A stretch of DNA of 64,000 nucleotides, taken from contig JAWOCD010000099.1 of NCBI GenBank assembly GCA_046483985.1, forward strand, positions 68,648 to 132,647, given 5' to 3'. Below are positions 21,134-32,691 of the stretch, in pieces. How positions within the stretch are numbered: the first letter of the stretch is position 1; each line of letters opens with the position of its first letter. Source of the stretch: Promethearchaeia archaeon. GTDB taxonomy: Archaea > Asgardarchaeota > Lokiarchaeia > Sigyniarchaeales > SOKP01. The notes under the pieces were generated by a model that was given only the letters and a program-made list of their open reading frames with translations, was not told where the DNA came from and did no database searches. Made by a program: the position numbers and the translations under genes.

Positions 21134-23080
21134 CTATTCTTCGTAATCAGCGTCTATGACTTCATCTTGTCCCGTGGCACGACGGAAATGCTCTTCTTCC
21201 ATCTCATCTTGCGTTTTGGCGCGTTTTCCTTGTGCCCCACTGGTACCTTGTCGTCCTGCAGCTGCATCGCCCCTTCCCCCAGGTCTTGCTGCACCATATG
21301 CTCCTTGTGGTCCAGCTTGTGGTCCAGCTTGTGGTCCTTGTTGACCATACATTTTGCTAGACACTTTATGAAGGGCGTTTTGTAACTCATCCATCGCATT
21401 TTGAATCCTTGTAGTATCATCAGTTTCAAGCGCATCTTTGACTTCCTTGATTTTCCCTTCAATTTCGCTCTTAATGTCTCCAACTATATCTTCGTTTTCT
21501 CTCAGAATCTTCTCGGCTTGATACATGATCGATTCAGCTGAGTTTTTCAATTTTGTCAGTTCTTTGAACTTCTTGTCTTTTTCCGCATGACGCTCTGCTT
21601 CACGGATCTTTTCTTCGATCTCTTCATCAGACATCTTCGTGGACGCGGTAATTGTAATCGACTGCTCATTGCCAGTTGCTTTATCTCGTGCTGAAACATT
21701 CAATATCCCATCGGCGTCAATATCAAAGGTAACTTCAATTTGCGGAACTCCGCGCGGTGCAGGTGGAATTCCAGTCAAGTGGAACTTCCCTAAACTGATA
21801 TTGTCCTTTGCTTTCGGCCGTTCTCCTTGTAGTACATGAATCTCTACTGCAGTTTGATTATCAGCTGCAGTTGAAAAAGTCTCCTTTGCGCTTGTCGGAA
21901 TTGTCGTATTACGATCGATTAGTTTGGTAAACACTCCGCCTAAGGTTTCGACACCTAAGGACAATGGCGTAACGTCCAACAGAAGCAAGTCGTCAACTTC
22001 ACCAGTTAAGACACCTCCTTGGATTGCTGCTCCTCGAGCAACACACTCCATTGGATCAATGCCACGTTCCGGTTTCGTGCCTAGGAATCGCTCAAATTTC
22101 TCCTTGACCGAAGGCATTCTCGTTGGTCCACCGACCAAGATTACCTTGTCCACGTCTCCTTTCGACATCTCGGCGTCGTCAAGGGCCTTTTTAATCGGGT
22201 GATCTAACCGTTTTAACACGGGCTGAATTAATTGTTCTAATTTTGCTCTTGTAATGGTCATTTCCAAGTGTACAGGGTCACCGTCTTTCTGACTTATATA
22301 TGGTAAGTTAATGTCTGTACTAAGGGTATTCGATAATTCAATCTTTGCCTTTTCCGCGGCCTCCGTCAATCGTTGCATCGCTTTTTTGTCATCAGTTAAA
22401 TCTACTCCTTCTTTCTTTTTGAATTCGTCAACAATGTAATTTACCAGTTTTTCGTCCATATCCCGTCCACCGAGTTGGGTGTCTCCAGCGGTCGAAATAA
22501 CTTCAAAGACTCGCTCTTCCATTTCCATGATGGTAACATCAAATGTTCCTCCACCCAAGTCAAGAACTGCGATGGTCATTTTTTCATCTTCCTTATCCAG
22601 ACCATAAGCAACTGCGGCGGCTGTCGGTTCGTTAATGAGTCGGCGTACGTTCAATCCAGCAATTTTACCAGCATCCTTTGTTGCTTGGCGCTGATTATCA
22701 TTAAAATATGCGGGTACTGTAATGATGGCATCCGTCACTTCTTCGCCCAAGTAATCGCTGGCGTCTCGTTTAATTTTCCTGAGAATCATCGCTGAGATTT
22801 CTTGCGGAGTATATTCTTTCCCTTCAATTTCTACCTTGTATGAAGTACCCATCTTTCTTTTAATTCCCGTGATTGTACGCTCTGGGTTCGAAATTGCTTG
22901 GCGTCGTGCAGGTTCTCCGACTAATCTCTTTCCATCCTCTGTAAATGCAACAACAGATGGAAATGCTTTTCCGTAGAGGGTTACACCTTCTGCACTCGGA
23001 ATAATCTCTGTGCTTCCACCACTTAATACAGCGGCGGCCGAGTTAGAAGTTCCTAAGTCAATACCTATTATTTTTCCCAT
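21134..23080 (-). CDS. dnaK: Hsp70 chaperone DnaK
   Basis: [36 protein letters not shown]. Confidence 0.99.
   Translation of the reverse strand: MGKIIGIDLGTSNSAAAVLSGGSTEIIPSAEGVTLYGKAFPSVVAFTEDGKRLVGEPARRQAISNPERTITGIKRKMGTSYKVEIEGKEYTPQEISAMILRKIKRDASDYLGEEVTDAIITVPAYFNDNQRQATKDAGKIAGLNVRRLINEPTAAAVAYGLDKEDEKMTIAVLDLGGGTFDVTIMEMEERVFEVISTAGDTQLGGRDMDEKLVNYIVDEFKKKEGVDLTDDKKAMQRLTEAAEKAKIELSNTLSTDINLPYISQKDGDPVHLEMTITRAKLEQLIQPVLKRLDHPIKKALDDAEMSKGDVDKVILVGGPTRMPSVKEKFERFLGTKPERGIDPMECVARGAAIQGGVLTGEVDDLLLLDVTPLSLGVETLGGVFTKLIDRNTTIPTSAKETFSTAADNQTAVEIHVLQGERPKAKDNISLGKFHLTGIPPAPRGVPQIEVTFDIDADGILNVSARDKATGNEQSITITASTKMSDEEIEEKIREAERHAEKDKKFKELTKLKNSAESIMYQAEKILRENEDIVGDIKSEIEGKIKEVKDALETDDTTRIQNAMDELQNALHKVSSKMYGQQGPQAGPQAGPQGAYGAARPGGRGDAAAGRQGTSGAQGKRAKTQDEMEEEHFRRATGQDEVIDADYEE
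21305..21337 (-). repeat. 12-bp tandem repeat encoding [11 protein letters not shown] in the DnaK tail
   Basis: TTGTGGTCC(AGC) x3 on the plus strand. Confidence 0.8.
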
Positions 23081-23199
23081 AGATTTTTCACTTCCTTTTG
23101 TTATATTTTTTCTTTTTATTCTAATTTTTATTTGATTTTTTTAGATTATTTTGTTAATCTTGATTGTTTATTTGAGTTTGCTTCAAATCTGCTCGAGAT

Positions 23200-23880
23200 T
23201 TAATTCTCTTCCCGAGGTTTTTTTGAAATTATTACCCTTGCGGGCCTCAATACATTTCGTGGATCATTCACATAATAACCATTTTCTACTACTTCCAGTA
23301 TCTCGTTATTTGGGAGATCTTTGTTTTCTTGAACCATCACCGCTTCATGCTTATAGGGATCGAATTTCTCTCCGTTGCACTGTATCTTTTTGACCCCTTG
23401 ATCTTCCAGCAGCCTTTCGTAGTTTTTCATAACCATCTGAAATCCGCGTTTTACTTGTTCATTTTCGGTCTGTTGAATGGCTTCCCACCCACTCTGTAAG
23501 GTGTCGTAATGGTTTAGTAGTTTTTTCAGGAGCGTGTTTTTATAGCTTTCCCGGTCCCTCGCTTTCTCCTTGTCCACTCTTTTCCGATAGTTATCGAGGT
23601 CCGCGCGCGTGCGGCATAATGCTTCATAATATTTCTTGGAATCTTGCTCCAATTTTTTGACTTTCTCCTCGTTTCCTTTTAGTTGTTTAATTTTATCTTC
23701 CAGTTTCTCTGCTTCCTTTACGAGCTTTTTATATTCTTGCTCAAGGGAATCACATTTCTCGGCTTTCTCCAGCAGTTCTTTCAGTTTCTTCTTCGTGATT
23801 TCCACTTTTTGCGTTGTTTTTTGGTTTCTTGATCTTGTTCGGTTATTCATAAAATCATCCACATGGTTTCCAAATACCAT
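23200..23880 (-). CDS. grpE: Nucleotide exchange factor GrpE
   Basis: ADLDNYRKR, FDPYKHEAV, GYY...LRPARV; adjacent to dnaK. Confidence 0.95.
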   Translation of the reverse strand: MVFGNHVDDFMNNRTRSRNQKTTQKVEITKKKLKELLEKAEKCDSLEQEYKKLVKEAEKLEDKIKQLKGNEEKVKKLEQDSKKYYEALCRTRADLDNYRKRVDKEKARDRESYKNTLLKKLLNHYDTLQSGWEAIQQTENEQVKRGFQMVMKNYERLLEDQGVKKIQCNGEKFDPYKHEAVMVQENKDLPNNEILEVVENGYYVNDPRNVLRPARVIISKKPREEN

Positions 23881-24305
23881 TTTTTAATATCTCCCACTTT
23901 CTTATGTGTTTTTTTGGGTTTTTTCGCTCAAGTCAATCTGAGTTTGTAAACCTCTTATTTACATATACTTTATTATAAAATTATAAATTGACATATTTAA
24001 ATGTTTGGTTTTTGGTTTATAAGTGAGCAGTACTAAAAAACTATAATCGGGAAGAGAAAAGATGAAAAAGTTTATAAGCATAAGATGCTCTAAGAAAAAC
24101 TACATAAAACATTCCATAACCGAGAGCATATCGATGATGCACGTTGTGGAAAAGTTTTCTGATTCTTTTAAGCTCTCCTTTTTGATGATCTTTGCAGATG
24201 GGATCTCGTTTGGTCTTGGTTATATGACGAGGCTATTTAATCTACCTCTCTCTCAGTAAATTCCAGAACGAAAAAAGAAAACCTTTTTTTTCCTCGCTTT
24301 TTATC

Positions 24306-25898
24306 ATGGATATGGAAAAAAGCAGAAAGAGAAAGTGGACTCAATTTCTTTCAACCTACATTTATTTAATTGACACTATCATAAGTTTTGTATTTTTTTC
24401 TTATCTTTTAGGATCATGGTTGTTTAGCGTGGCATCATATAGCCATTTATTTTTTTCCATTTCAATAACTTGTGTAATTATATTGGTCTTGTCGCTATTA
24501 TTAATTGACTTAGTGTTGAATAGAAAAAAGAAGGCATTTTCTCTGCAGATATTTTTCAATTTAGTATTATTTCTATTATATGCGATTCTTTTATTCCTAC
24601 TCCTTTATACTTTACATAATATATTTACCCTTGGGGGCATAATTTTTTCTGCTTTGATACTGTTTAAATTCCTAAGAATAGGCTGTCTTATCTCTTCGAG
24701 AACAAAGGATAAAAAAAAATGGAAAGAAAGTAAAATCACACGGATTCATCTCAAAAGGAGAAAATTCTTAGGGCTCGCATTTGTGGTTTTGTTTTGCTTA
24801 CCCTTCATTGTTTTTATTTTGGGGCTTACTCCCTACACTGCTGCCGTTGTTGAAATCGATATAAACGATCAACAAGGGAATGGAAAAGGGTCAAATGAAC
24901 TTCAATTATCGTTCTATGCAACCTTAGAAAGTTACAATTACTTAACGGACTCTAAAATATTATCTGGCTTGAACGGGTCAGATGTGGAAAACGGTGATCT
25001 TTCCCCAGTGGAGATCTTATTGCTGGTATCAGACTCCCAATTAAATCATTCAGATTCCTCCCGTAAACTTGCACAAATGGTGAAAAATTGCACAACAAGT
25101 GGACTTGAGATATGGATTTGGTTTGTGTATGATGAAGTAGAGGGTCATTACCCTTCTTATATGAATTACGAGTATATGGACGATTTTAAAGAACTATTTG
25201 ATGATTGGGTAAGCGATTTTAACATCAAGATAAAAGGAATCTTATTTGATAATGAAATGGACGAATTAGATATCTCAACTGAAGATCTATTTGGTTCTTT
25301 CAAAAAATTAATGGAACATAGAAAAGAAGTTAGTAAAGATTGGGATAATGCGGTAAAGGCTTATAAAAACGCTGCAAAGAGTTGGAGTAATGAAGGATAT
25401 GACATAGCCTTAGTAGGGATGGATTTAACATTATTAGATACGGCAGATAGTGATCCTGACATTCAGCAACTTTATGGAATCGTAAACAATCCCCCCGATA
25501 TCTGGGAGCGAGTGAGTTTTATGTTTTATAGGGGTTGTGAATATCACTCCAATCCATGGGGGCGAGATTATTTATATAATATGGCAGAATATCACAAAGA
25601 GGTCTATAGGGGGAGAGCAATTGTTGCGATTGGATGTATGGCATATGCTGCATATAATACGCTGGGAGATATTCTAAAAGATATTGCAATTCTCAAGTAT
25701 TTGAACTACGATAGAACGGAATTGTTCGAGTTTAGAGCCTTCTATGAGGAGTTTGGTTATAGCGGGCTCATTGAAGTGCTAAAATCCTCTTTAAAAGGAT
25801 GGAAAATTAAAAAATTTACAATTCACTTTTACACACTCGAATATCTTTCAAGGAGTTTGCTTTTCTTAGCAGATATTTTATTAAATCTTTATAAATAA
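24306..25898 (+). CDS. Membrane protein (5 TM) with extracellular TIM-barrel/glycoside-hydrolase-like domain
   Basis: N-terminal TMs, then alternating beta/alpha elements with GILFDNE and FMFYRG motifs; fold is inferred. Confidence 0.55.
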   Translation: MDMEKSRKRKWTQFLSTYIYLIDTIISFVFFSYLLGSWLFSVASYSHLFFSISITCVIILVLSLLLIDLVLNRKKKAFSLQIFFNLVLFLLYAILLFLLLYTLHNIFTLGGIIFSALILFKFLRIGCLISSRTKDKKKWKESKITRIHLKRRKFLGLAFVVLFCLPFIVFILGLTPYTAAVVEIDINDQQGNGKGSNELQLSFYATLESYNYLTDSKILSGLNGSDVENGDLSPVEILLLVSDSQLNHSDSSRKLAQMVKNCTTSGLEIWIWFVYDEVEGHYPSYMNYEYMDDFKELFDDWVSDFNIKIKGILFDNEMDELDISTEDLFGSFKKLMEHRKEVSKDWDNAVKAYKNAAKSWSNEGYDIALVGMDLTLLDTADSDPDIQQLYGIVNNPPDIWERVSFMFYRGCEYHSNPWGRDYLYNMAEYHKEVYRGRAIVAIGCMAYAAYNTLGDILKDIAILKYLNYDRTELFEFRAFYEEFGYSGLIEVLKSSLKGWKIKKFTIHFYTLEYLSRSLLFLADILLNLYK

Positions 25899-25963
25899 GA
25901 AAATTAAAAAGAGAAAAATCGCCCCAAAAATCCATAAATGGATATAGCCTTATTTTCTCTCTA

Positions 25964-26581
25964 TTAGCCTCTAAAAACACGCGGAATAAACATCGGAACC
26001 TTTTCCGTGTATTTTTTATAGTCTTCTCCAAATTCTTTTTTTAATTCTTGTTCCTCTTTCCAAGCAGTTATGTAATTGTATAATATAATTACAGGGGTAA
26101 CAAATAGAGAAAAAAGGGCAGATAAAAGAAGGGAAAAGCCTAAATGGGCAAGTATAGCTCCCAGATATTGAGGATGGCGAACCTTAGAATAAACTCCGGT
26201 GTCAACCACATTATTTGCTCTATGGGTTTCCGATACTTCTAAGGAAAGATCCTTCACTCCTGCAATACCTAACCAAGTACTTAACAGAATGAATGGTAAA
26301 GAGAGGATTACATGTACAAGCGATATCGAGATTCTCAAGAGAGGAATTTGAAAGGTTGCTTTGGGAAAGAAAGGGAAGTAAAAACGCGGTTGGAAGGAGA
26401 ACCAGATTCCAAATAGACAAATAAAGAACCCCCAGCCTGAAATCATCCCAAGGATTTTTCCCAAGGTCTTACCTTTCTCTTTACCAAACTTCTCTTTTAA
26501 TTTAATGTGACTGACTGAAAGAAAATGTACTGGGATAAATATTAAAAGGACAATTAAAGATATAATGAAAATAATTGACAT
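25964..26581 (-). CDS. Isoprenylcysteine carboxyl methyltransferase/PEMT-family membrane methyltransferase
   Basis: GVYSKVRHPQYLG, EEQELKKEFGEDYKKYTEKVPMFIP. Confidence 0.9.
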   Translation of the reverse strand: MSIIFIISLIVLLIFIPVHFLSVSHIKLKEKFGKEKGKTLGKILGMISGWGFFICLFGIWFSFQPRFYFPFFPKATFQIPLLRISISLVHVILSLPFILLSTWLGIAGVKDLSLEVSETHRANNVVDTGVYSKVRHPQYLGAILAHLGFSLLLSALFSLFVTPVIILYNYITAWKEEQELKKEFGEDYKKYTEKVPMFIPRVFRG

Positions 26582-26639
26582 AGTTAACTCTCTTGATGGT
26601 TTTTTAAGAAATAATTATTTTTATATTAAATATTGAAAA

Positions 26640-27902
26640 CTATGATGCAACATCTTTTACTATTTTCTTCATCGCCCCGCTTACAAGGTAGAGTTGGATA
26701 TTCCGCGATCCGCCTATGATTTCTTGCACCTTACTAACCTCTAACGCTTTATCGATTCGAAGGTTATCTGTAAACGCTATCCCTCCGCATAATTGTTGAA
26801 CTTCATAGGACAACCTTTGTGCCAGATTAGATGATAAATATTTCGTACCAGAACTGAATGCTGCATTATACTTGATAAATTTAGTTTGCTCCGGGTACTT
26901 CAATGTTTTTCGATATTCCTTGGCTGTGGTCAAGCCAAATTCGGTGGCAGCCATTAATTCTGTAAATAATTTGGTAATGGGGAATGAAACGGCTTGAAAA
27001 TCGTAGACGGGTTTGCCAAATTGTTCTCGATAATTCGTATAGATAAGAGCCGTAATTGCCGTGAGCCAGCTAATCCCTAAACTGGACCCGATGATTGCAT
27101 CGCGTTCCGCCACTAACCCTGCAAAGAGGTTTTTATAGCCTATTCCTTTTTTGCCTATTATATTTTTTTTGGGGACCTTCACATCGTTAAAGATGGATTG
27201 TCCGACTTGAACCCTTGGAATCGATTGAATTCCCAGCCTATGGGTTTCTACGCCCTCAAAATCTCTTTCCACTATTACTTGATACATTGTTTCGCGGGGG
27301 CGCGCCGGGTCAGAGACTCCAAAGACAATAAAATAATCTGCCACCGGTCCATTCGTGGTATAAACTTTTTCACCATTTAAAATCAAGTGATCCCCTTTGT
27401 CCTCAATTTTCGTTTTCATGTTCACCGCATCAGAACCTTGGGTGCGTTCTGTAATACAGAGACTACCAACTTTCTCTCCGCTCATTACTTCACCTAAAAT
27501 CTCACTTACATGATCATTTTCCCCATATTGAAAAAGAGGATTAGCAAAAATTACCCCAGAAACCACTCGGGCTAAATCTAACTCAGGATCAATAATGGAA
27601 GTGGCCATCGCTAAAAGCATCTCATAGCGCATACCGTATCTATCTGACTCGGCAAATTGGTTCAGTCGTTGGATATAATTCCGTTTTCCTAAAATTGGAA
27701 AGAGATCATACACTTCTTTGTTTAAATCTATATTCGGTTCCACTTCCTGAATAAGGAAATCTTCCAATTCTTCTAAAAATTTTTGCTCTTCTTTCGTAAT
27801 AAGGGGGATAATAAAATTGTTAAAAATCTCGTAGATATTTCGGGTGGAGAGTTTATCTTCGATATCCTTCTCTAAGATCTTAATACCAGTTATTTTTTTC
27901 AT
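26640..27902 (-). CDS. Acyl-CoA dehydrogenase family protein
   Basis: CITERTQGSD, LNGEKVYTTNG, REQFGKPVYDFQAV, QQLCGG. Confidence 0.93.
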   Translation of the reverse strand: MKKITGIKILEKDIEDKLSTRNIYEIFNNFIIPLITKEEQKFLEELEDFLIQEVEPNIDLNKEVYDLFPILGKRNYIQRLNQFAESDRYGMRYEMLLAMATSIIDPELDLARVVSGVIFANPLFQYGENDHVSEILGEVMSGEKVGSLCITERTQGSDAVNMKTKIEDKGDHLILNGEKVYTTNGPVADYFIVFGVSDPARPRETMYQVIVERDFEGVETHRLGIQSIPRVQVGQSIFNDVKVPKKNIIGKKGIGYKNLFAGLVAERDAIIGSSLGISWLTAITALIYTNYREQFGKPVYDFQAVSFPITKLFTELMAATEFGLTTAKEYRKTLKYPEQTKFIKYNAAFSSGTKYLSSNLAQRLSYEVQQLCGGIAFTDNLRIDKALEVSKVQEIIGGSRNIQLYLVSGAMKKIVKDVAS

Positions 27903-28028
27903 ATATAGATTTAATTTTGGATCTTAAAATAAATTGACCTCAACACTAACCTTAATACTAAAAATCATAGGAAATCATTCGGCTAATTATTGAATTATTG
28001 AATCTATGGGACAATGAGAAAAAGACTA

Positions 28029-28190
28029 GATTGGAATAAAGGAAGATTTTCTAAAACATTAGACGATTTAGGAGTGAAAGATAATACGATATTCAAACTT
28101 TTTCCCCAATAATGAAGGTCACTTCTACAGAGAAACCTCTCAAATACAATTATCGGATAAGGGAGGGGAAAGGATAGATTTATGAAGGGG
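28029..28190 (+). pseudogene. Highly decayed sulfatase gene remnant
   Basis: Fragments DWNKGRFSKTLDDLGVKDNTIF and IREGKG*IYEG resemble arylsulfatase motifs GxILxxLDxLGxxDNT and RGGKGxxYEGG. Confidence 0.45.
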
Positions 28191-28446
28191 TTATCCCTTA
28201 TCTTCAAGGAGAAAAAAAAAAAGATCGAACAAGAGTAATCTATTAGCATATCGGGGCCAAATCAGAAATTGCTAACCAATTGTGGGAAATATTATAAAAG
28301 ATTCATAGACATTTTGCATAAAATTATGGCAATCGAATATTGGATATATTCAAGATTAAGTCCTCATATTCCTAAAAATTTTAAAGAAAACGATAAATGA
28401 TGAAAATCTGAGTTAAGTATTTTTTATATCAATTCTTTGTTATTAT

Positions 28447-29901
28447 TTATGACTTTTCCAAAATTTCCCCCACATAATACATTCCAACCAAGTTTCCACG
28501 TCTCTGAAACTTACGCGAAACTAATAAAATAATTACATGCTCATTTTCGTCCAATATATCAGCTTCAACCGCAAACTTTACAGATTCTTGAATGATACTC
28601 TCCGCATCTTTTTTAAAAAAATCTTTATCCTCAATATGGAATGGCTGCACGCCCCAGACTAATTTCAGTAATCGTGCAGTATTTTTATAAGCGGTAATAC
28701 CAATAATCGGTAAAGGGGGTCTATATTTAGAAATCATGCGGGCACCATATCCACCTCTTGTAATTACCAAGATTTTTCCACGAAAATTGAGTTCTTGCAT
28801 TTCTTTTGCTAAAGCATAAATTGCATGTCCAATTGTTTGTGTATGAGTTAATCTATCAGAATCGTAATCATCTGGTTGCCGTAAGGGCATATTTTCAGTG
28901 GCAGTGAGCGCAATTTTGTTCATATACATCACTGCATCAATAGGATTTCTACCAACAGCTGTTTCAGCACTCAGCATCACTGCATCGCATCCATCAAATA
29001 CCGCATTAAAGACATCATTCGCTTCCGCCCGGGTTGGAATGGGTGATTTTGTCATCGATTCTAACATCTGTGTTGCAACAATTACCGGCTTTCCTTCCTT
29101 GTTACATTTGTAAATTAATTCTTTCTGACGGAGTGGAACTTGGTCGGGAGAAATCTCAACCCCTAAGTCTCCTCTTGCAATCATTATGCCGTCGGATACA
29201 TTCAATATTTGATCAAAATGATCAAGTGCCACCCGGCGTTCTATCTTTGAAATAAGCTTTATCTCATCATTTCCGTAATTTTCCAGAATCTTTTTCACAT
29301 GAAGGACTTCTCCGCTGTGAGAAACAAACGAGATAGCAACATATTCTGGGGCCAATTCTGCGATTAATTCGAGATCTTTAATATCTTTCTCCGTGGGAAC
29401 GGACTGGTTTAACTTTCCCGAAGGTATATTAACGCCTTTATTATTACTGATAATACCTCCCGTGATAATCTCCCCGACAATATGATTCTTTGTCTTTTTC
29501 TTAACTTTAATTTTGATTATACCATCATTGATATAAAATACATCGCCCTTATTCATTAAGTCTAAAAAACCAACTAAGGGGATTGAAAACTTATGTTCAT
29601 CCCCTAAAATCTCTTTTTCATAAACCTCAACTTCTTGACCCACGTCTAAGTGGTAGGCATTGTCATCCTTAAATTCCCCCACTCTTATTTTGGGACCTTG
29701 AATATCTGTTAAAATTGAAATATAATCATCAACTTCCCGTATTCGCTTAACAATATTTCTTATTTCTTCATGTGAGCCATGGGAAAAATTAAGGCGGAAT
29801 ACATCTACACCCTCATTAATGAGCTTTTTTATCATTGACTTAGAATCTGTAGCTGGACCTAAAGTGCTTACTATTTTGACGGTATTTTCTCTAATTGTCA
29901 T
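28447..29901 (-). CDS. pyk: Pyruvate kinase
   Basis: KIVSTLGPA, RLNFSHG, DIQGPKIR, IMIARGDLGVE, ATQMLESM, PTRAE. Confidence 0.98.
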   Translation of the reverse strand: MTIRENTVKIVSTLGPATDSKSMIKKLINEGVDVFRLNFSHGSHEEIRNIVKRIREVDDYISILTDIQGPKIRVGEFKDDNAYHLDVGQEVEVYEKEILGDEHKFSIPLVGFLDLMNKGDVFYINDGIIKIKVKKKTKNHIVGEIITGGIISNNKGVNIPSGKLNQSVPTEKDIKDLELIAELAPEYVAISFVSHSGEVLHVKKILENYGNDEIKLISKIERRVALDHFDQILNVSDGIMIARGDLGVEISPDQVPLRQKELIYKCNKEGKPVIVATQMLESMTKSPIPTRAEANDVFNAVFDGCDAVMLSAETAVGRNPIDAVMYMNKIALTATENMPLRQPDDYDSDRLTHTQTIGHAIYALAKEMQELNFRGKILVITRGGYGARMISKYRPPLPIIGITAYKNTARLLKLVWGVQPFHIEDKDFFKKDAESIIQESVKFAVEADILDENEHVIILLVSRKFQRRGNLVGMYYVGEILEKS

Positions 29902-29953
29902 TTTTCATTTTAAAAAGAATATGAATTAAATAAATTTAACTAAATTAAGTAAT

Positions 29954-30406
29954 TTAATCCTCAGCTATCCTTTTAATTTTTTCCATTTTTTTCGAGAGCC
30001 TCTTTTTGTAGGAATTAAGTAAATCAACAGTTTCTGGGTAACTATTTCCATCCGGTAAGCGCTTGAGCGCTAGTAAGTTGACCCGGCGCGTTTGAGGATG
30101 GAGGGGAAATTGAACTAACTCGATATCATGTTCTATAGCAAATTCTTTGGCAAGCAAGACAATCAGATCTGAACTCTGCGAAACAAGCCGTTTACCTAAG
30201 AAATAAAGATATTTAGGGGTTTTTTCATAATTCCTTACCTGAAGTAAGAAAAACTTAGAGTTTTTTTCCTTAAAGGAGTAGATCTTCTTAATTTTTAAAA
30301 TAACTTGCTTGCCTTGGACAGTTCGCGATAAATTAGGTAATTTGCTACGAATTTTTTCTGCATCTTTTAAGATATTGTCAATGAATTTTTCTAAGTTTTC
30401 ATCCAT
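29954..30406 (-). CDS. Hypothetical protein
   Basis: Clean ORF, GAGGT RBS. Confidence 0.65.
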   Translation of the reverse strand: MDENLEKFIDNILKDAEKIRSKLPNLSRTVQGKQVILKIKKIYSFKEKNSKFFLLQVRNYEKTPKYLYFLGKRLVSQSSDLIVLLAKEFAIEHDIELVQFPLHPQTRRVNLLALKRLPDGNSYPETVDLLNSYKKRLSKKMEKIKRIAED

Positions 30407-30534
30407 GTATTAGCTTACCTCGATTAACTTATCTCTCTAAATTCTTTAGTTTGGACTAAAGATGGAGTTCTCTTTTGCTTTTTTGATAAAACAATATTGA
30501 ATATAGGGAAAAAGAAAAAGAAAAATTCTATTAT

Positions 30535-32493
30535 TTATAGGTCATCTGCTACGAATTCTAAATTAAGAGTCTGAAGAGTTTCTTTCTTCGGGTAAGCATT
30601 TTCAGGATCCCAGCCCATCTCTTTGCAAAATTCCTTGTAAAAATCCTTATAATCGACCGTTTTACCTTTATGGGGGCCTTTCTCGTCTGGTGGATGACCC
30701 GTAGTTCTCCCAGGAAGTTCATTTTCGGCAATTTCAACTTCTTCCCTGAGAGTAAATGCTTGCCTTAAGGTTTGAATACGATATCCGATGCTTAATAGAT
30801 CGTCAACATCTAAATTCCATCCCGTATAAGCATTAATTAAATCTCGGAATGGATATTTGCCGAATAAAGTGGAAAACATACATAATCCAACGCTACATAG
30901 GGTTTGATAAAAGCCAACAGTCTTCTTCTGGGCAATTACCTTCTGTTCATCATCCTTTTTCCATTTTTTGGGTAACTCAAATCCTTCTTGAAATTTATCT
31001 ATAGGTCCTATGTCTATGAAATCTACACTTGCTGCCGTATGACGTCCAGGTGTGGGATCATATGCATAAGTGGTAGCTAAAGATGGAAATGATCGTGGAT
31101 TATGCATCGCAATTTCTTGACCAAGGGAAGTCATTGCAAATTTTTCACTCCCTTTCCCTATCTTTTGAGCCGCTACTTCACTTCCATCAGCTAGGATATC
31201 TCCAATTCCCTCTCTATTAATTATTTTTTTTGTAATCTCTAGAACTGCTTGTGCATTTCCCCACGTCAAGTCGATTCCGTCTGTATCCTCCTTCGTTAAA
31301 ATTCCCTCTTCATAACATTCCATGGCAAACGCAATAGTAGCACCTGTAGAGATTGTATCAATCGCTGCACGATTACACATGTCGTTAATTTTAAAAAGCG
31401 AGATCAGATCATCATTAAGTAAATCTGTCCCAAAAGAACAGCATGTCTCATATTCTGGCAGATGAGTCTCTTCCAGATCTGCTTCAGGAACTTTCATTAT
31501 ACCCCCGCACTGAACGGGACAACTATAACAGCCGTAATCTCGAATCTTGTATTCATTAAGTTTATTGGAAGAAATCTTCTTAGATTTATTGTATGGAAAA
31601 TCATACATTCCTATTCCCTTCCAATTTTTAACTGGAGAATCGCCTGTTTCGGCACTAAGAGTATTCGCAACGCTGGTTCCTAAGTTGTGATAAACATTTC
31701 GCATAAATCCTGCGGGTCCTGCCATTCCCATTCCAATCCAACGCATAAACTTTGCTAACTTAGGAACTTTATTCAGAATAAACTTCGTGATTCTACCAGG
31801 TTCTTCGGCCCGACCACTTTCGTTGTATCCTTTCACTAAATCCATAAATATCTCTTTATCATGTATTGGAACTTGGGTTCTTCCTTTTAATACGAGGGTT
31901 TTTAATTTTTTTGCCCCCATTACAGCTCCAAAGCCAGATCGAGCAGCAATACGACCCTTATCACAGGCAATTCCAGAGATTAAAGAAAGATTTTCTCCAG
32001 CTTGCCCTATTGCCGCCGTTTTAATGAATTTATCATGCTTTTCCTTTAATTTTTCTTCCGCTTCAATAATATCTAATCCCCAAATCTCAGAGGCATTATG
32101 AAATTCTTTCTTACCTTCTATGATTGTTACATAGGTGGGTTCCTCAGCAGCCCCCTTAATTAAAATAGCATCGTATCCACATTTTTTGATTGCAGGTCCA
32201 AAAGTACCACCGCTATTTGAATCCCCCCATGTGCTGGTTAAAGGAGATTTTCCAGCTACCATATATCTCCCAGAAAACGGTGCAGCTGTTCCAGTAAGTA
32301 AGCCAGGGAAAAATCCAAAAATAGCTTCAGGACCTAGAGGGTCATAGTTTGCCTCGGTTCTTTCATAGATTAACTTGGCAGCCAAGCCGTATCCCCCAAT
32401 ATATTGCTTATAGACACTCTCGGGGATTTCCTCTTCTTCAAATGTTTTATTTGTAAGATCAATCCATAAGACTTTTCCAAACATTTTTTTCAC
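30535..32493 (-). CDS. Aldehyde:ferredoxin oxidoreductase (W/Mo-pterin AOR family)
   Basis: YIGGYGLA, KSPLT, DSNSGG, AARSGFGAVMGAKKLK, CYSCPVQC, EYET, DTISTG. Confidence 0.95.
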   Translation of the reverse strand: MKKMFGKVLWIDLTNKTFEEEEIPESVYKQYIGGYGLAAKLIYERTEANYDPLGPEAIFGFFPGLLTGTAAPFSGRYMVAGKSPLTSTWGDSNSGGTFGPAIKKCGYDAILIKGAAEEPTYVTIIEGKKEFHNASEIWGLDIIEAEEKLKEKHDKFIKTAAIGQAGENLSLISGIACDKGRIAARSGFGAVMGAKKLKTLVLKGRTQVPIHDKEIFMDLVKGYNESGRAEEPGRITKFILNKVPKLAKFMRWIGMGMAGPAGFMRNVYHNLGTSVANTLSAETGDSPVKNWKGIGMYDFPYNKSKKISSNKLNEYKIRDYGCYSCPVQCGGIMKVPEADLEETHLPEYETCCSFGTDLLNDDLISLFKINDMCNRAAIDTISTGATIAFAMECYEEGILTKEDTDGIDLTWGNAQAVLEITKKIINREGIGDILADGSEVAAQKIGKGSEKFAMTSLGQEIAMHNPRSFPSLATTYAYDPTPGRHTAASVDFIDIGPIDKFQEGFELPKKWKKDDEQKVIAQKKTVGFYQTLCSVGLCMFSTLFGKYPFRDLINAYTGWNLDVDDLLSIGYRIQTLRQAFTLREEVEIAENELPGRTTGHPPDEKGPHKGKTVDYKDFYKEFCKEMGWDPENAYPKKETLQTLNLEFVADDL

Positions 32494-32691
32494 TTCTATT
32501 AGATTTTACTATGTTATTTAAATTAATTCTTTCCATTTAAAAATATATATTAATATTTTAAGGAAAATAAAGGATATGTATTTAAATCAAATATGAGTTT
32601 CAATACATCGATCGAAAGTTATTTATATCCTACTTTACATTAATTTGTTGTTCAATCGAAATCTTAAATTGAAAATTATCAGCTTTAAGTA

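Noticed and set aside
23880-24060. CIRCE operator upstream of grpE
   Set aside because: TTAGCACTC-N9-GAGTGCTAA is not present
25964-26581. Prenylation pathway linking ICMT to the small GTPase
   Set aside because: The GTPase has no CaaX; ICMT/PEMT-like genes are widespread in prokaryotes
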